IMG/VR virus record: IMGVR_UViG_3300031521_000027 | Coordinates: 40,214-104,213 of that record | Strand: one strand, 5' to 3' | Source of the DNA: a virus | Length of the DNA: 64,000 nt | Shown here: positions 10,555 to 18,777 of the stretch, piece by piece | Numbering within the stretch: position 1 is the first letter of the stretch | Layout: each line of letters opens with the position of its first letter | The notes under the pieces: generated by a model | The model's database searches: none | What the model saw: only the letters and a program-made list of their open reading frames with translations | Told to the model about the DNA's origin: nothing | Translations under genes and position numbers: made by a program

Positions 10555-12285
10555 TTGCCACTCAACTTTGACGTCCGGAACTTCACCGAAGCTCGCCGTG
10601 AGCAGCTCGCGTGGAGGATCCACCAGTCCGTGAACTGGAAGCTCCCGCCCCTGAAGGTGTGGAACTACGACCTGTGCCGCATCCATGCGCGCGGGTGGGT
10701 CGAGGAGATCCGTGACACCGACGGTGAGGTCAAGACCCACACCGTCTACGACCGGCCCAAGCCCGGCTGCCGGGACTGTGGGATCCACTTCCGCAGGCAC
10801 CAGCACATCGGGGTGGCGTGGCTCTATTTCAAGAAACACGCCCTGCTGGCTGACACCATGGGATCGGGCAAGACCACCGAGGCTGGCGGGCTGATCGCCA
10901 TGCTGATCGAGACCGGGGAGCTGTCCCTCTTCCGTGACAGATCCAGCGCCCACGGTGGCAAGGGTCGAGTCATCATCGTGCCCCGGTCCCCCGCCCTCCA
11001 CCAGTGGCGCACCGAGCTTCTCCGGATGATGCCCAGCCTGAACATCCTCGTCTCCGAAGGCACCCGCAAGCAGCGCACCCAGTTCTACCTCCAGCCGTGG
11101 CAGGTCCTCCTGATCGGGCCTGAGATGCTGCGCAACGACTACCAGCTGCTGGAGAACTTCGACCTCTCCCTCTTCCTCACCGACGACATCGACGCCCTCC
11201 GCAACCCCACCACCGAGACCTCCTACGTGCTGGACCGGATGGGTGCCCGGGGGGTCGAGGGCCTGCGTCCCGGCACCGACCGCTACGTCATCATGACCGG
11301 CACCCCCCTCCAGAAGCGCCTGCCCGAGCTGCACGCGGTGCTGGACGGCATCGGGGGCACCCTCGCGCTGGGCAGCATGGACTCCTTCGTCCACCGCCAC
11401 GTCCGCAAGGCCACCATCACCGAGTACGACCGGAAGTCAGGCAAGGACATCCGCAAGGAGGTCGTGGTCGGCTACCGGGACCTCGGTACGGTCAAGGCCC
11501 GGATCGCCCCGCTCGTGCTCCGCCGCACCGCCGCCGACCTCGACGACGTCGACCTGCCCACGATCATCCCCAACGACGTCATGCTCGACCTCTACCCCGT
11601 GCAGCGGGCCAAGTACACCGAGCTGCGCAAGGGCGTGCTGAAGATCATCCGCGAGGAGGGCACGCAGGTGAAGCGCCCCAACGCGCTGGCCAAGATCCAC
11701 TACGGTGCGGCCATCTGTGCAGGGCTCGCCGCGCTTGGGGAAGAGGACGGCCCCGGGACCAGCGTCAAGCTCGACTGGGTGGTCAACCAGCTCACCGAGG
11801 GTGGGCTCAGCGAGCGCGGCGAGAAGGTGGTCGTGTTCGCCAACCTGAAGAACACCGTCAGGGCCCTCCAGATCCGGCTCAAGGAGGAGGGTGTGGGCTT
11901 CGTCACGGTGTGGGGGCAGGAGAACGACAAGGTCAAGCGCGCAGCCTCACAGGAGCGGTTCTGGACCGACCCGAAGTGCAAGGTGCTGATCGGCACCAAG
12001 GCCATCGAGCAGTCCCTGAACCTTCAGGTCTCCCGGCACCTCGTCAACATTGACATGATCTTGAACCCAGCGAGAATGGAGCAGTTGGCCGGACGTATTC
12101 GCCGCGACGGCTCGGCCTTCCAGCACGTCTACGTGCACAACCTCCTGACCATCAATACGCAGGAGGAGAAGTACCTCCCCCTGCTGGAGCGTGAAGCAGC
12201 GCTGGCCGCGCACATCTGGGACGAGGATTCCCAGCTGTTCACTGCCCTCTCACCCTTGGCCCTTCTACAGCTCATTTCCGGATGA
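10555..12285 (+). CDS. SNF2-family SF2 helicase/ATPase
   Basis: ADTMGSGKTT Walker A, MTGTPLQ motif III, LRRT, SLNLQ, NPARMEQLAGRIRR motif VI; TTG start after AGGAGG (alternative GTG at 10534). Confidence 0.85.
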   Translation: MPLNFDVRNFTEARREQLAWRIHQSVNWKLPPLKVWNYDLCRIHARGWVEEIRDTDGEVKTHTVYDRPKPGCRDCGIHFRRHQHIGVAWLYFKKHALLADTMGSGKTTEAGGLIAMLIETGELSLFRDRSSAHGGKGRVIIVPRSPALHQWRTELLRMMPSLNILVSEGTRKQRTQFYLQPWQVLLIGPEMLRNDYQLLENFDLSLFLTDDIDALRNPTTETSYVLDRMGARGVEGLRPGTDRYVIMTGTPLQKRLPELHAVLDGIGGTLALGSMDSFVHRHVRKATITEYDRKSGKDIRKEVVVGYRDLGTVKARIAPLVLRRTAADLDDVDLPTIIPNDVMLDLYPVQRAKYTELRKGVLKIIREEGTQVKRPNALAKIHYGAAICAGLAALGEEDGPGTSVKLDWVVNQLTEGGLSERGEKVVVFANLKNTVRALQIRLKEEGVGFVTVWGQENDKVKRAASQERFWTDPKCKVLIGTKAIEQSLNLQVSRHLVNIDMILNPARMEQLAGRIRRDGSAFQHVYVHNLLTINTQEEKYLPLLEREAALAAHIWDEDSQLFTALSPLALLQLISG

Positions 12286-13028
12286 AAGCAGTGACAATGA
12301 CCGCCGCCACCCCCGTCCCCCTCTCCGACTACCAGAGCGAGTTGGTCAGGACCCACGTGGGCCTTGCCCAGAGCATTGCAATGTCTTTCTGGAAACGAGC
12401 CGCATCGGAAGTGGACCGCGACGAGATCGTGGCCATCGCCTATCAGGGGCTGATCACCGCCGCCCAGAGGTACGAACCCAACATCGTCCCGGAGAACGAC
12501 CCGGACGTGGCGCTGCCCCCTGTTGCACTGACGTTCGGCCAGTACGCCAAGCGCCGCATCGGGGGAGCCATTCAGGACTGGATGCGCCAGCTGGACCACG
12601 TCCCCCGCAGGCAGCGCACCATCTACAAGGACATGCAGGAGCTGGCCCCCGGCAGGAGCCCTGAGGAGACCGCAGAGATCCTCGGGATCGACGTCAACCG
12701 GGTCCGTGCGATCACCCACGCAGTCGAGTGCCCCCCGGTCTCACTGGACGACATGGCAGGCGACAGCGACCGGGGCAACATGGCTCCCCCAGCTGAGGGA
12801 GGCACCGAGGGATCAGTCGCAGCCCACATGCTTCAGGAGGCCATGGTCGAGGTCATGGAGGGGATGCCGTCGTTCGAGAAGTCGGTCATCGTCCTGCGGT
12901 ACTACATGGGCATGAGCTTCCCCCAGATCGCCGCCGAGCTGGGCTCCAGCGTGTCCACCGTCAAGGTCACCCACCAGCAGCAGATCCTGCTGATCCACGC
13001 CGCCATGGTCCAGACTGCGCGCTCCTGA
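12282..13028 (+). CDS. Group 3 (FliA/WhiG-like) RNA polymerase sigma factor
   Basis: GLITAAQRYEP, TFGQYAKRRIGGAIQDWMRQLDHVPR, PVSLD, VIVLRYYMGMSFPQIAAELG. Confidence 0.9.
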   Translation: MKAVTMTAATPVPLSDYQSELVRTHVGLAQSIAMSFWKRAASEVDRDEIVAIAYQGLITAAQRYEPNIVPENDPDVALPPVALTFGQYAKRRIGGAIQDWMRQLDHVPRRQRTIYKDMQELAPGRSPEETAEILGIDVNRVRAITHAVECPPVSLDDMAGDSDRGNMAPPAEGGTEGSVAAHMLQEAMVEVMEGMPSFEKSVIVLRYYMGMSFPQIAAELGSSVSTVKVTHQQQILLIHAAMVQTARS

Positions 13029-13032
13029 TCAC

Positions 13033-13063
13033 CTGCGTCTGGGACCTCCTCAGGCGTACCAGT
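13033..13063 (+). promoter_or_regulatory. Phage class-II promoter CTGCG-N15-GGCGTACCAGT
   Basis: Exact consensus, intergenic, upstream of the DnaB operon. Confidence 0.8.
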
Positions 13064-13085
13064 AAGTGAAGCCCGAAGGAGCCCC

Positions 13086-13280
13086 ATGACCGATCCGCAG
13101 TACGACCTGTCCCCCGACGATGCCGTCATCCAGATGCACGCCAACCTGACGGCCATGAAGGCGGACCCGAACCGGAAGCAGCTGACCGGCATGACTCCCG
13201 ACGACGCCTTCGACCTCGGGTACGGCGCGTGCCTGCTCGACTACTCCGCCCTCACCGGGCCCAAGCCTGAAGAGAACTGA
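13086..13280 (+). CDS. Hypothetical protein
   Basis: AAGGAG RBS, phage-like codon usage. Confidence 0.7.
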   Translation: MTDPQYDLSPDDAVIQMHANLTAMKADPNRKQLTGMTPDDAFDLGYGACLLDYSALTGPKPEEN

Positions 13281-13281
13281 C

Positions 13282-13533
13282 ATGGCTCACATCCCCAAGC
13301 CCTTCTCCCGTCCCAGCATCAGCCTCAACACCTCGGGCAGGCGCTGGGTCCAGACCCGCGCGTGGGACCTCGACACAGGGGACATCGTGCAGGACATGGG
13401 CATGGTCAAGGAGATCGAGAAGCACGTGACCACGACCAAGATCTCCTTCGCCTCCGGGCTGTCGTTCGTTTTCACAAACGACACCGTCATGCGCGCCTTC
13501 ACGCTTGGAGAGTCCGTTGGCATCAGCCTCTGA
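13282..13533 (+). CDS. Hypothetical protein
   Basis: Tightly packed ORF with phage-like codon usage. Confidence 0.7.
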   Translation: MAHIPKPFSRPSISLNTSGRRWVQTRAWDLDTGDIVQDMGMVKEIEKHVTTTKISFASGLSFVFTNDTVMRAFTLGESVGISL

Positions 13534-14986
13534 ACACTCCCAGATCGTCCTCTCGGCCATCTTGGCGGGCAGGCGCGATCTGCTGGAGAAGGCTGTCGCC
13601 CACCTGACGCCAGCCCACTTCCCGGAGAAGGTCCACGCCGACCTCTTCACCATGCTCATGCGCTTCTCGGACTACACCGGGGGCGCGGTCATGCCGCTGA
13701 AGTACCTCGACGACAACCTCCGTGGCCGCATGGAGCCGGGCAAGGCTCAGCTGTTCACCGAGACCTACGAGATGCTGTCGGAGACCACGACAGAAGATTC
13801 TGAGTTCGCGTGGTCCCTCCAGCAGCTGCGCGAGCTGGCTGCCGACAAGACCACAGGCGAAGCCCTGACTGAGGCCATGGAGATCCTGCGCCGAGGCAAG
13901 ACCATCGACAACCAGACCTATCAGGGCCACAACGATGCCCGCGCTCGCCTGCTGGAATCGTTTCAGGAAATCGACCGTGAGCTGGTTCGGCAGGACGCGC
14001 CGGAGGGGGACCTCGCAGACGAGGCCACCGAGATGAAGGCCGACTACGCCGAGCGGAAGAACGCGCGCCTCAAGGGTGTGTCCTCCGGCATCCGGTTCGG
14101 CATCGACGAGCTGGACCGCAAGATCGGTGGGCTCCAGCCGGGAGAGCTGGTGCTGCTCGCGGGCTACTCCAGCGACGGCAAGTCCTCCCTGTGCGTCCAG
14201 CTCGCGTGGAGCGCCGCCGTGGAGCAGGGACAGAACGTGGTCTTCCTGACCACCGAGACCCTGCGTCCCCAGATCCGCCGCAAGATCATCGCCCGCCACT
14301 CCAAGCTGCCGATCTTCGAGACACCCGAGGGCCTTAACACCCGGGATCTGAAGGCAGGCACCTTGACGGATGAGCAGGAACTCATCCTCCCCCGGGTGAT
14401 CGACGACCTCGCCAAGAACCCCGCCTACGGCAAGATCTACATCGCGCAGGTCCCTCGGGCGGCAGGCATCGCCAGCATCGAGCAGAGGCTGCTGCGGATC
14501 CAGCGGAAGTTCAACATCAAGCTGGTCATCGCCGACTACCTCGCGCTGCTGATCGCCGAGCGCAGACGCACCACGGCCCGGGAGGAGTACGCCGAGGTGC
14601 TGAAGAACGCCAAGCTCCTGTCGGTCGCCTTCGACAACGGGCGGGGAGTGGCCTTCGTGTCCCCGTGGCAGGTCTCCAGACAGCACAGGGAGGCCGCAGA
14701 GAACCTCGGGCAGTACACGTCCGCCGCGCTCTCCGAGACGGCTGAGGCGACGAACTCCTCCGACGTGATCGTCAGCCTGCTGGCCCCCACCGACAACACC
14801 GACCGGCACGCCGACGTCACCTTCCAGATCCTGAAGAACCGGGACGGCGAGACGGCCAACGGCATGATCGTCGAGGTCGACTACGCCACCTGTCACTTCC
14901 GCAGCAAGCGGATGCTGGGAGCCCTCGGTACGGGTGGTCTCGACTACTCCACCAACGGCACCATGGAAAGCCTGCTGAGCGCCTGA
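13517..14986 (+). CDS. dnaB: DnaB-like replicative helicase
   Basis: GIDELDRKIGGLQPGELVLLAGYSSDGKS, VIADYL, WQVSR, ILKNRDG; TTG start after GGAGAG (alternative 13505). Confidence 0.92.
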   Translation: MASASEHSQIVLSAILAGRRDLLEKAVAHLTPAHFPEKVHADLFTMLMRFSDYTGGAVMPLKYLDDNLRGRMEPGKAQLFTETYEMLSETTTEDSEFAWSLQQLRELAADKTTGEALTEAMEILRRGKTIDNQTYQGHNDARARLLESFQEIDRELVRQDAPEGDLADEATEMKADYAERKNARLKGVSSGIRFGIDELDRKIGGLQPGELVLLAGYSSDGKSSLCVQLAWSAAVEQGQNVVFLTTETLRPQIRRKIIARHSKLPIFETPEGLNTRDLKAGTLTDEQELILPRVIDDLAKNPAYGKIYIAQVPRAAGIASIEQRLLRIQRKFNIKLVIADYLALLIAERRRTTAREEYAEVLKNAKLLSVAFDNGRGVAFVSPWQVSRQHREAAENLGQYTSAALSETAEATNSSDVIVSLLAPTDNTDRHADVTFQILKNRDGETANGMIVEVDYATCHFRSKRMLGALGTGGLDYSTNGTMESLLSA

Positions 14987-15002
14987 GCTGAGGCGTATCA
15001 AT
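14972..15002 (+). promoter_or_regulatory. Phage class-II promoter (CTGCT-N15-GGCGTATCAAT), leaderless
   Basis: ATG at 15007 lies 15 nt after the GG, as in four other copies. Confidence 0.7.
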
Positions 15003-15006
15003 AGGT

Positions 15007-15135
15007 ATGAGCGATTACGACGACGGCGAGGGAGGCCTTGAGGCCATCTTCTCGATTCTCTACGGCATGGTGTACCTCTTCATCGTGCTCCCACTCGCAT
15101 GGCTGGCCAAGAAGATGGGACTACTGGATGACTGA
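15007..15135 (+). CDS. 42-aa single-TM membrane peptide (not in ORF track)
   Basis: MSDYDDGEGGLEAIFSILYGMVYLFIVLPLAWLAKKMGLLDD, at the leaderless position of the promoter. Confidence 0.6.
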   Translation: MSDYDDGEGGLEAIFSILYGMVYLFIVLPLAWLAKKMGLLDD

Positions 15136-15568
15136 CGTGGAGCGGGTCAACTGGCACGCGGACCTGCTCAACGTGGTCGACGAGCCGATGATCCTCTCCC
15201 TGATCCGCTACGACATGGACGCGGATCGTCAGCCTCACCCAGAGGGGGAGCTGGTCTCCTCCTACCTGCTGGGCACCCGCCAGCACGCGCCGATCATCGA
15301 CCTCGACTTCCCCCACCACTACGTGCCGAGCACCAACGGTGGGCACGGTCACCTCTACATCGACACCCCCATGTCCCAGCCGAAGATGATGCTCCTGCTG
15401 TGGGCCCTGCGGGTGACCGGTGTGATCGAGCAGGGCAACTTCTGGTGGTCACTGCGCCGGGGCGGGACCTTCGTCCGCCGACCCGAGGTGAAGAAGACCG
15501 AGGCTGAGAACACCCACTACACCTTCGGGATGTTCTTCAAGCTGAGGAACCATCGTGGAGAGAGCTGA
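15128..15568 (+). CDS. Small protein with AEP/prim-pol-like DxD and SxxGxH motifs
   Basis: APIIDLDFP and PSTNGGHGHLYID; sits between DnaB and a CHC2 finger gene; paralog at 30030. Confidence 0.5.
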   Translation: MTDVERVNWHADLLNVVDEPMILSLIRYDMDADRQPHPEGELVSSYLLGTRQHAPIIDLDFPHHYVPSTNGGHGHLYIDTPMSQPKMMLLLWALRVTGVIEQGNFWWSLRRGGTFVRRPEVKKTEAENTHYTFGMFFKLRNHRGES

Positions 15569-16118
15569 GCTGCTCCGGATCGCCAACGAGAGAGTCTCGA
15601 TCACCAAGGCCTGCAACATGATCGGGATGAACGTCAGCGACTACGCCGCCGCGTCGATGAAGGTCTACTGCCCCTTCGGCGAGATCTTCCATCAGGACGG
15701 TGGAATGTCGAAATCCATGCGGATCTACGCCGAGTCCAACAGCGCCTTCTGCTTCGCTGGGTGCGGCTACTACGACCCGGTCAAGCTCATCTCCACCAGT
15801 AGGGACATCTCCGAGGAAGATGCAGCGGAGGCCCTGCTGGAGGAGACTGGGTACGTAGCACCCAACTATCAGGATCAGTGGGACGCGCTGATGTCCGAGA
15901 AGCCAGTGGTCGACACGGCAGACTTGGCCGAAGCCCTCAAGGTTGCGTGCGCCAGAATGGTCCCGAACTGGGAGGAACGCCAGTTCGATGAAGCGGTCTC
16001 GCACAAGCTCACCCAATGCCTCGCTCTCCTCCGCAAGGTCCACACCGATGATGACGCCACGAACTGGCTGAGCATCACCAAGAAGGTCATGAAGGCAACG
16101 ATGGAGGCACGGGCATGA
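15555..16118 (+). CDS. Stand-alone CHC2 (DnaG-type) zinc-binding domain protein
   Basis: VYCPFGEIFHQD...SMRIY...AFCFAGCGYYDPV; no TOPRIM domain follows. Confidence 0.75.
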   Translation: MERAELLRIANERVSITKACNMIGMNVSDYAAASMKVYCPFGEIFHQDGGMSKSMRIYAESNSAFCFAGCGYYDPVKLISTSRDISEEDAAEALLEETGYVAPNYQDQWDALMSEKPVVDTADLAEALKVACARMVPNWEERQFDEAVSHKLTQCLALLRKVHTDDDATNWLSITKKVMKATMEARA

Positions 16119-16357
16119 GCACGGACGAGAAGCTGGGGAACCTCCCCCAGCTGGAGGGCTGGGTCAACCTCACCGAGGCCGCAGAGATCTTGGGCATCTC
16201 CCGACAGCACGCGTACCGACGTGCACGTTTGGCCAATGAGGGCAAAATGGGTGGCTGGAAGACGGTGTGTCGCATTGGCACCAAACCGAGTTATGTGGTA
16301 GCTCTTTCCGAGCTTCAGGAGGAGCTGCTTGTGACACGCCCGGATCGCAGACGTTAG
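16115..16357 (+). CDS. Small HTH (excisionase/MerR-like) DNA-binding protein
   Basis: WVNLTEAAEILGISRQHAYRRA. Confidence 0.75.
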   Translation: MSTDEKLGNLPQLEGWVNLTEAAEILGISRQHAYRRARLANEGKMGGWKTVCRIGTKPSYVVALSELQEELLVTRPDRRR

Positions 16358-16477
16358 TTGCATATGTCACCCCTCAGGGCTATGGTCAGACACAGCTTCA
16401 CTCCCGTTGCCACTACGCCTCATGGTCGGATATACTTCGTCTTGCAGCTGGAGGGTTCACGCCCTTCACCTCCTGCC

Positions 16478-16559
16478 TAAGTTGACCGCTTAGCGAGTGA
16501 CGGGCTCCCATTAAGGAGTCCGTCACTTGGCGTTTTACGAGAAACAAGCGGTCAACTTA
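16478..16559 (+). ncRNA. Three-way-junction structured element in the leader of the second sigma gene
   Basis: Perfect 14-bp outer stem TAAGTTGACCGCTT/AAGCGGTCAACTTA enclosing a 14-bp hairpin and a short hairpin. Confidence 0.5.
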
Positions 16560-16583
16560 TCGGTCACCCCATGGAGGATTTCT

Positions 16584-17252
16584 GTGCCCAGTCTTACCGT
16601 TTCCCCCCGCACCATCACGCAGGCCGGAAGGCCCTCATCGTCGAGGTATCCGGACTTCGTCCCAGCCAACTACACCGAGCTGTTCGACCACTACTACCCT
16701 TACGTCCGGGGCATCGTCTTCAAGTCCGGCATCGACTCCCAGAGCTGTGCGGACGTGACCATGTCCATCCTTGAGAAGTTCTTCGCCCACGACGTGCTGG
16801 CCGACTTCAACCCCGAGTTCACCTCCACCCATGGTGGGGTCACCCGCAAGGCCATGTTCCGGACCTTCCTGTCCGGCTTCGTCAAGATCTACGTCCGGCA
16901 CCACCGGGACCGCCAGATCATCACCAAGGCTCGCGAGGCCATCTCGCTCGACGCACCAGCCGGTGACGACAACACGTGGATGGACTACTACGGGGAGACC
17001 CACGTCGACACCTACGATCAGCTGATGATCGAGGATGCCGTCCTCACCGTGCAGGACCACCTTGCCACCCTCTCCGACCCCCGGGGCCGCTGCGAGATGC
17101 TGGACCTGTTCAACATGACCTTGGAGCACTCGGTCACCTACGGCAGCCCCAACGTTGAAATCCTGTCCCAGTACTTCGAGGTCTCCGAGACCACGATCCG
17201 GAACCGGCTGAAGGCCCTGCGCGCCGAGATCCATGAGGTCTTCGAGTCATGA
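16584..17252 (+). CDS. ECF-like sigma factor (sigma2 + sigma4 HTH)
   Basis: YTELFDHYYPYVRGIV...DVTMSILEKFF...FRTFL region 2; ILSQYFEVSETTIRNRLKALR HTH; GTG after GGAGG. Confidence 0.7.
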   Translation: MPSLTVSPRTITQAGRPSSSRYPDFVPANYTELFDHYYPYVRGIVFKSGIDSQSCADVTMSILEKFFAHDVLADFNPEFTSTHGGVTRKAMFRTFLSGFVKIYVRHHRDRQIITKAREAISLDAPAGDDNTWMDYYGETHVDTYDQLMIEDAVLTVQDHLATLSDPRGRCEMLDLFNMTLEHSVTYGSPNVEILSQYFEVSETTIRNRLKALRAEIHEVFES

Positions 17253-18025
17253 TCAAGATGCCCGTCACGGTGCTGGGCATGTTCGATGACCTGCCGCCGA
17301 TCTCGCTCTTCGTCGGGCCTGCGTCGGTCGGCAAGTGGACCATCGCTGAAGCCCTCGGTCGCCACTTCTACAACTCCTTCGGCGTCATCCGGGTCCGGGC
17401 CCTCACCATGGACGCCGCCCGGGACCTCACCGTGCTGTCCAACTTCTCCTCCCCCCGGCTGGTCATCGCCCGGCTCACCCGGTCCACGGAGGCAGCCCAG
17501 AACGTGCTGCTGAAGACGCTGGAGGAGTGCTCGACCACGGCCACCAAGTTCATCCTGATCGACACTGAGCTGCCCCCTGAGACGATCACCTCGCGGTGCA
17601 CCGTCTACCGCTTCCCGCTGCTCACCGACGCGGCTGTGGAGGAGATCCTGCTGAACCGGAACTTCAGCGCGGTCGAGGCCAAGAGGCTGGCACTGGCTGC
17701 CGGGGGGCAGATGCGCAACGCCCTCAATCGAGGCGATACGGTCGACACCAAGCAGGTCGTGCTGTCGGCCCTGCGTGCGATCACCGAGAGGGACCCCGAC
17801 ACTCTGGACGACCTCGCCGTGAAGTGGAGCGACGAGCACTCCGAACTCATGGTGACGCTATGCACCGAGGCCATCTCCGGGCGCTACCGGATCTTCAACT
17901 CTGAGGAGATCGAGGGCATCGGCAGGAAGCTGCCCCTGCGGATCCTGATCGCGCTAGGCCCCGGGATACGTCCGAGGCTGGTCGTACGCTCCAGCTTGAT
18001 GGGCGTGCTGAGGAGCGAGTGGTGA
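17249..18025 (+). CDS. Clamp-loader AAA+ subunit, Pol III delta-prime (HolB)-like
   Basis: LFVGPASVGK, EAAQNVLLKTLEE, FILI, ETITSRC (SRC arginine finger). Confidence 0.85.
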   Translation: MIKMPVTVLGMFDDLPPISLFVGPASVGKWTIAEALGRHFYNSFGVIRVRALTMDAARDLTVLSNFSSPRLVIARLTRSTEAAQNVLLKTLEECSTTATKFILIDTELPPETITSRCTVYRFPLLTDAAVEEILLNRNFSAVEAKRLALAAGGQMRNALNRGDTVDTKQVVLSALRAITERDPDTLDDLAVKWSDEHSELMVTLCTEAISGRYRIFNSEEIEGIGRKLPLRILIALGPGIRPRLVVRSSLMGVLRSEW

Positions 18026-18309
18026 GCGAAGAGCTGTGCGAGAAGACCGACATGCCGAAGTATTCGTGCGCCCACTGTCAGGGCATCAAGGAGGAACCCG
18101 TGGCTGTTTTCGGAAACGCTGATGTGCAGGAGTTCGAGCTGATCGGACGCCGCTTTCAGGCTGTCTACGGCGGGGTGTGCACGATCAACTTCGACCACAT
18201 CGTCAAGCGGCAGGACTGGGTCTCCAAGGTCCAGTTCTCCGACAACCCGATGCTGCCGGTGAGCGGTGTGGCCTGCGCCCAGTGCGTCCGGGTCCTGCCG
18301 CACGCCTGA
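18022..18309 (+). CDS. Small Cys-rich hypothetical protein
   Basis: CAHC, CxxxxxH and CAQC motifs; overlapping start and stop with neighbours. Confidence 0.65.
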   Translation: MSEELCEKTDMPKYSCAHCQGIKEEPVAVFGNADVQEFELIGRRFQAVYGGVCTINFDHIVKRQDWVSKVQFSDNPMLPVSGVACAQCVRVLPHA

Positions 18310-18776
18310 TGAGACCTACACAGGAAATCCGGCGCTTCTTCGCCAAGACCCTTGATGAAGACCGGGGGTACATCACTCCCTGCGTGATCTGGACCGGCAG
18401 GAAGGTGAATGGGTACGGGGTGTTCGATCTCCAGCGCGATGACAACTCCGGCCCGCGTGCTGTGAAGGCCCACCGGTACTCCTACGGACTGCTTCACGGA
18501 GAGCAGCACATCCGCAGCGCCGTGGTGGGTCGCGAGGACGAGATTGACCACCTCTGCTTGCAGCGGGACTGCGTCAGGGAAGGTCATCTTGAACTCGTGA
18601 CCCTGAAGGTCAACCGCCAGCGGATGCACGACGTCCACCGGACAGAGATGTGCAAGAGAGGTCTCCACCTTCGCGCTGAGTTCGAGCGGATCAAGTCGAC
18701 CGGCGCTCCGTACTGCTTGGGGTGTCAGAGGATCAACGATGCTAAGCGTCGTCCTCGTAAGAAGAGGGAGGTCTGA
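18309..18776 (+). CDS. HNH endonuclease
   Basis: CVIWTG..NGYG, AHRYSY, IDHLCLQRDCVREGHLELVTLKVN, C-terminal CKRGLH/CLGC. Confidence 0.9.
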   Translation: MRPTQEIRRFFAKTLDEDRGYITPCVIWTGRKVNGYGVFDLQRDDNSGPRAVKAHRYSYGLLHGEQHIRSAVVGREDEIDHLCLQRDCVREGHLELVTLKVNRQRMHDVHRTEMCKRGLHLRAEFERIKSTGAPYCLGCQRINDAKRRPRKKREV

Positions 18777-18777
18777 C

